Source: Cyanobacteriota bacterium
GTDB lineage: Bacteria > Cyanobacteriota > Cyanobacteriia > Thermostichales > Thermostichaceae
Direction of reading: 5' to 3'
DNA: 64,000 nt
Assembly: GCA_033764955.1 (NCBI GenBank)
Contig: JANRIL010000048.1
Coordinates: forward strand, 32,001-96,000
This document shows positions 63,399 through 64,000 of the stretch, piece by piece (position 1 is the first letter of the stretch; the number at the start of each line of letters is the position of its first letter). The notes below the pieces were generated by a model, which saw only the letters and a list, made by a program, of their open reading frames with translations, was not told where the DNA came from and searched no databases. The position numbers and the translations under genes are program-made.

Positions 63399-64000
63399 AT
63401 CCGGCGCTCCTTCAGAAATCCGCTTCCTCCCTACTTTGCCGTAACTCAGCTTGGGAAGGGCAAGATCAGTTATTTGTCTTAAGGTCTAGGTTTTTAAGTC
63501 AGCGCAAGGCAAGCAGCCTCTCTCGAACCCAGGAGATTTTTTACAAATCCCTCAGAAAATACTGGCAACTTCCTCAGAAAATATCCAGAAAATAGTGGCA
63601 GGGTCAGTCCCCCGCCCATTGGGGATCCCTACCCCCTGACCCTGAAGACAACCCAAAAGAGAGATCCATTTCTCGATAAAAGTGCTATTGTGTGATTCTA
63701 GACACAAATCTCGATACAAATCTTTATAGGGTCGAGCCGGATCCGACCACTCCCCTTCTGCCTGTTGGCAACTGAATTTTGCACTTTCTTCTAGCATTTT
63801 GTCCTCTATCGGTTTCATGGTAACTATGACTCTGATTGCTCTTTTTGTGTTTTTGCTGATTTTGGTCGTTGGCAATCTCCACGCCCAAATGGACTAGCCC
63901 CTTCTTTCTCTGGATCCCTGCTGAGGCTTTTGCTCCAATCTTGCTCTGAGATTGTTGCTGTTGATTAGGTTACTAATTCTCAACCAAGCATTCCTTCCAG

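Noticed and set aside
63552..63875. 107-aa minus-strand ORF
   Set aside because: TTG start, no motifs, no supporting evidence.

Overview
Chromosomal segment of a cyanobacterium (rbcLXS, apcABC, sqdB, psb29, sigF). The octamer GGGATCCC recurs throughout instead of canonical HIP1 GCGATCGC, suggesting the Thermostichus (Synechococcus OS-A/OS-B')-like lineage (inference). Housekeeping genes are interrupted by three AT-richer accessory blocks. (1) About 10.9-15.5 kb: decayed type I R-M locus (hsdM pseudogene, hsdS, no hsdR) plus two toxin-antitoxin pairs. (2) About 26.5-30.0 kb: MerR/oxidoreductase and AAA-ATPase/TOPRIM-like gene pairs, each followed by an attC-like site, i.e. a probable integrase-less cassette array. 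(3) About 41.1-46.6 kb: a six-gene operon led by a PqqD/RRE protein carrying its own lasso-leader-like YxxPxL tail, followed by an HPr-kinase-like protein, GT4, sulfotransferase, GT2 and nucleotidyltransferase, with no lasso cyclase or peptidase. Block 3 is the best candidate for an undescribed system. Also notable: a chromosomal ParM/ParR pair and a homopolymer frameshift in coaE. All calls come from reading motifs by eye; no searches were run.
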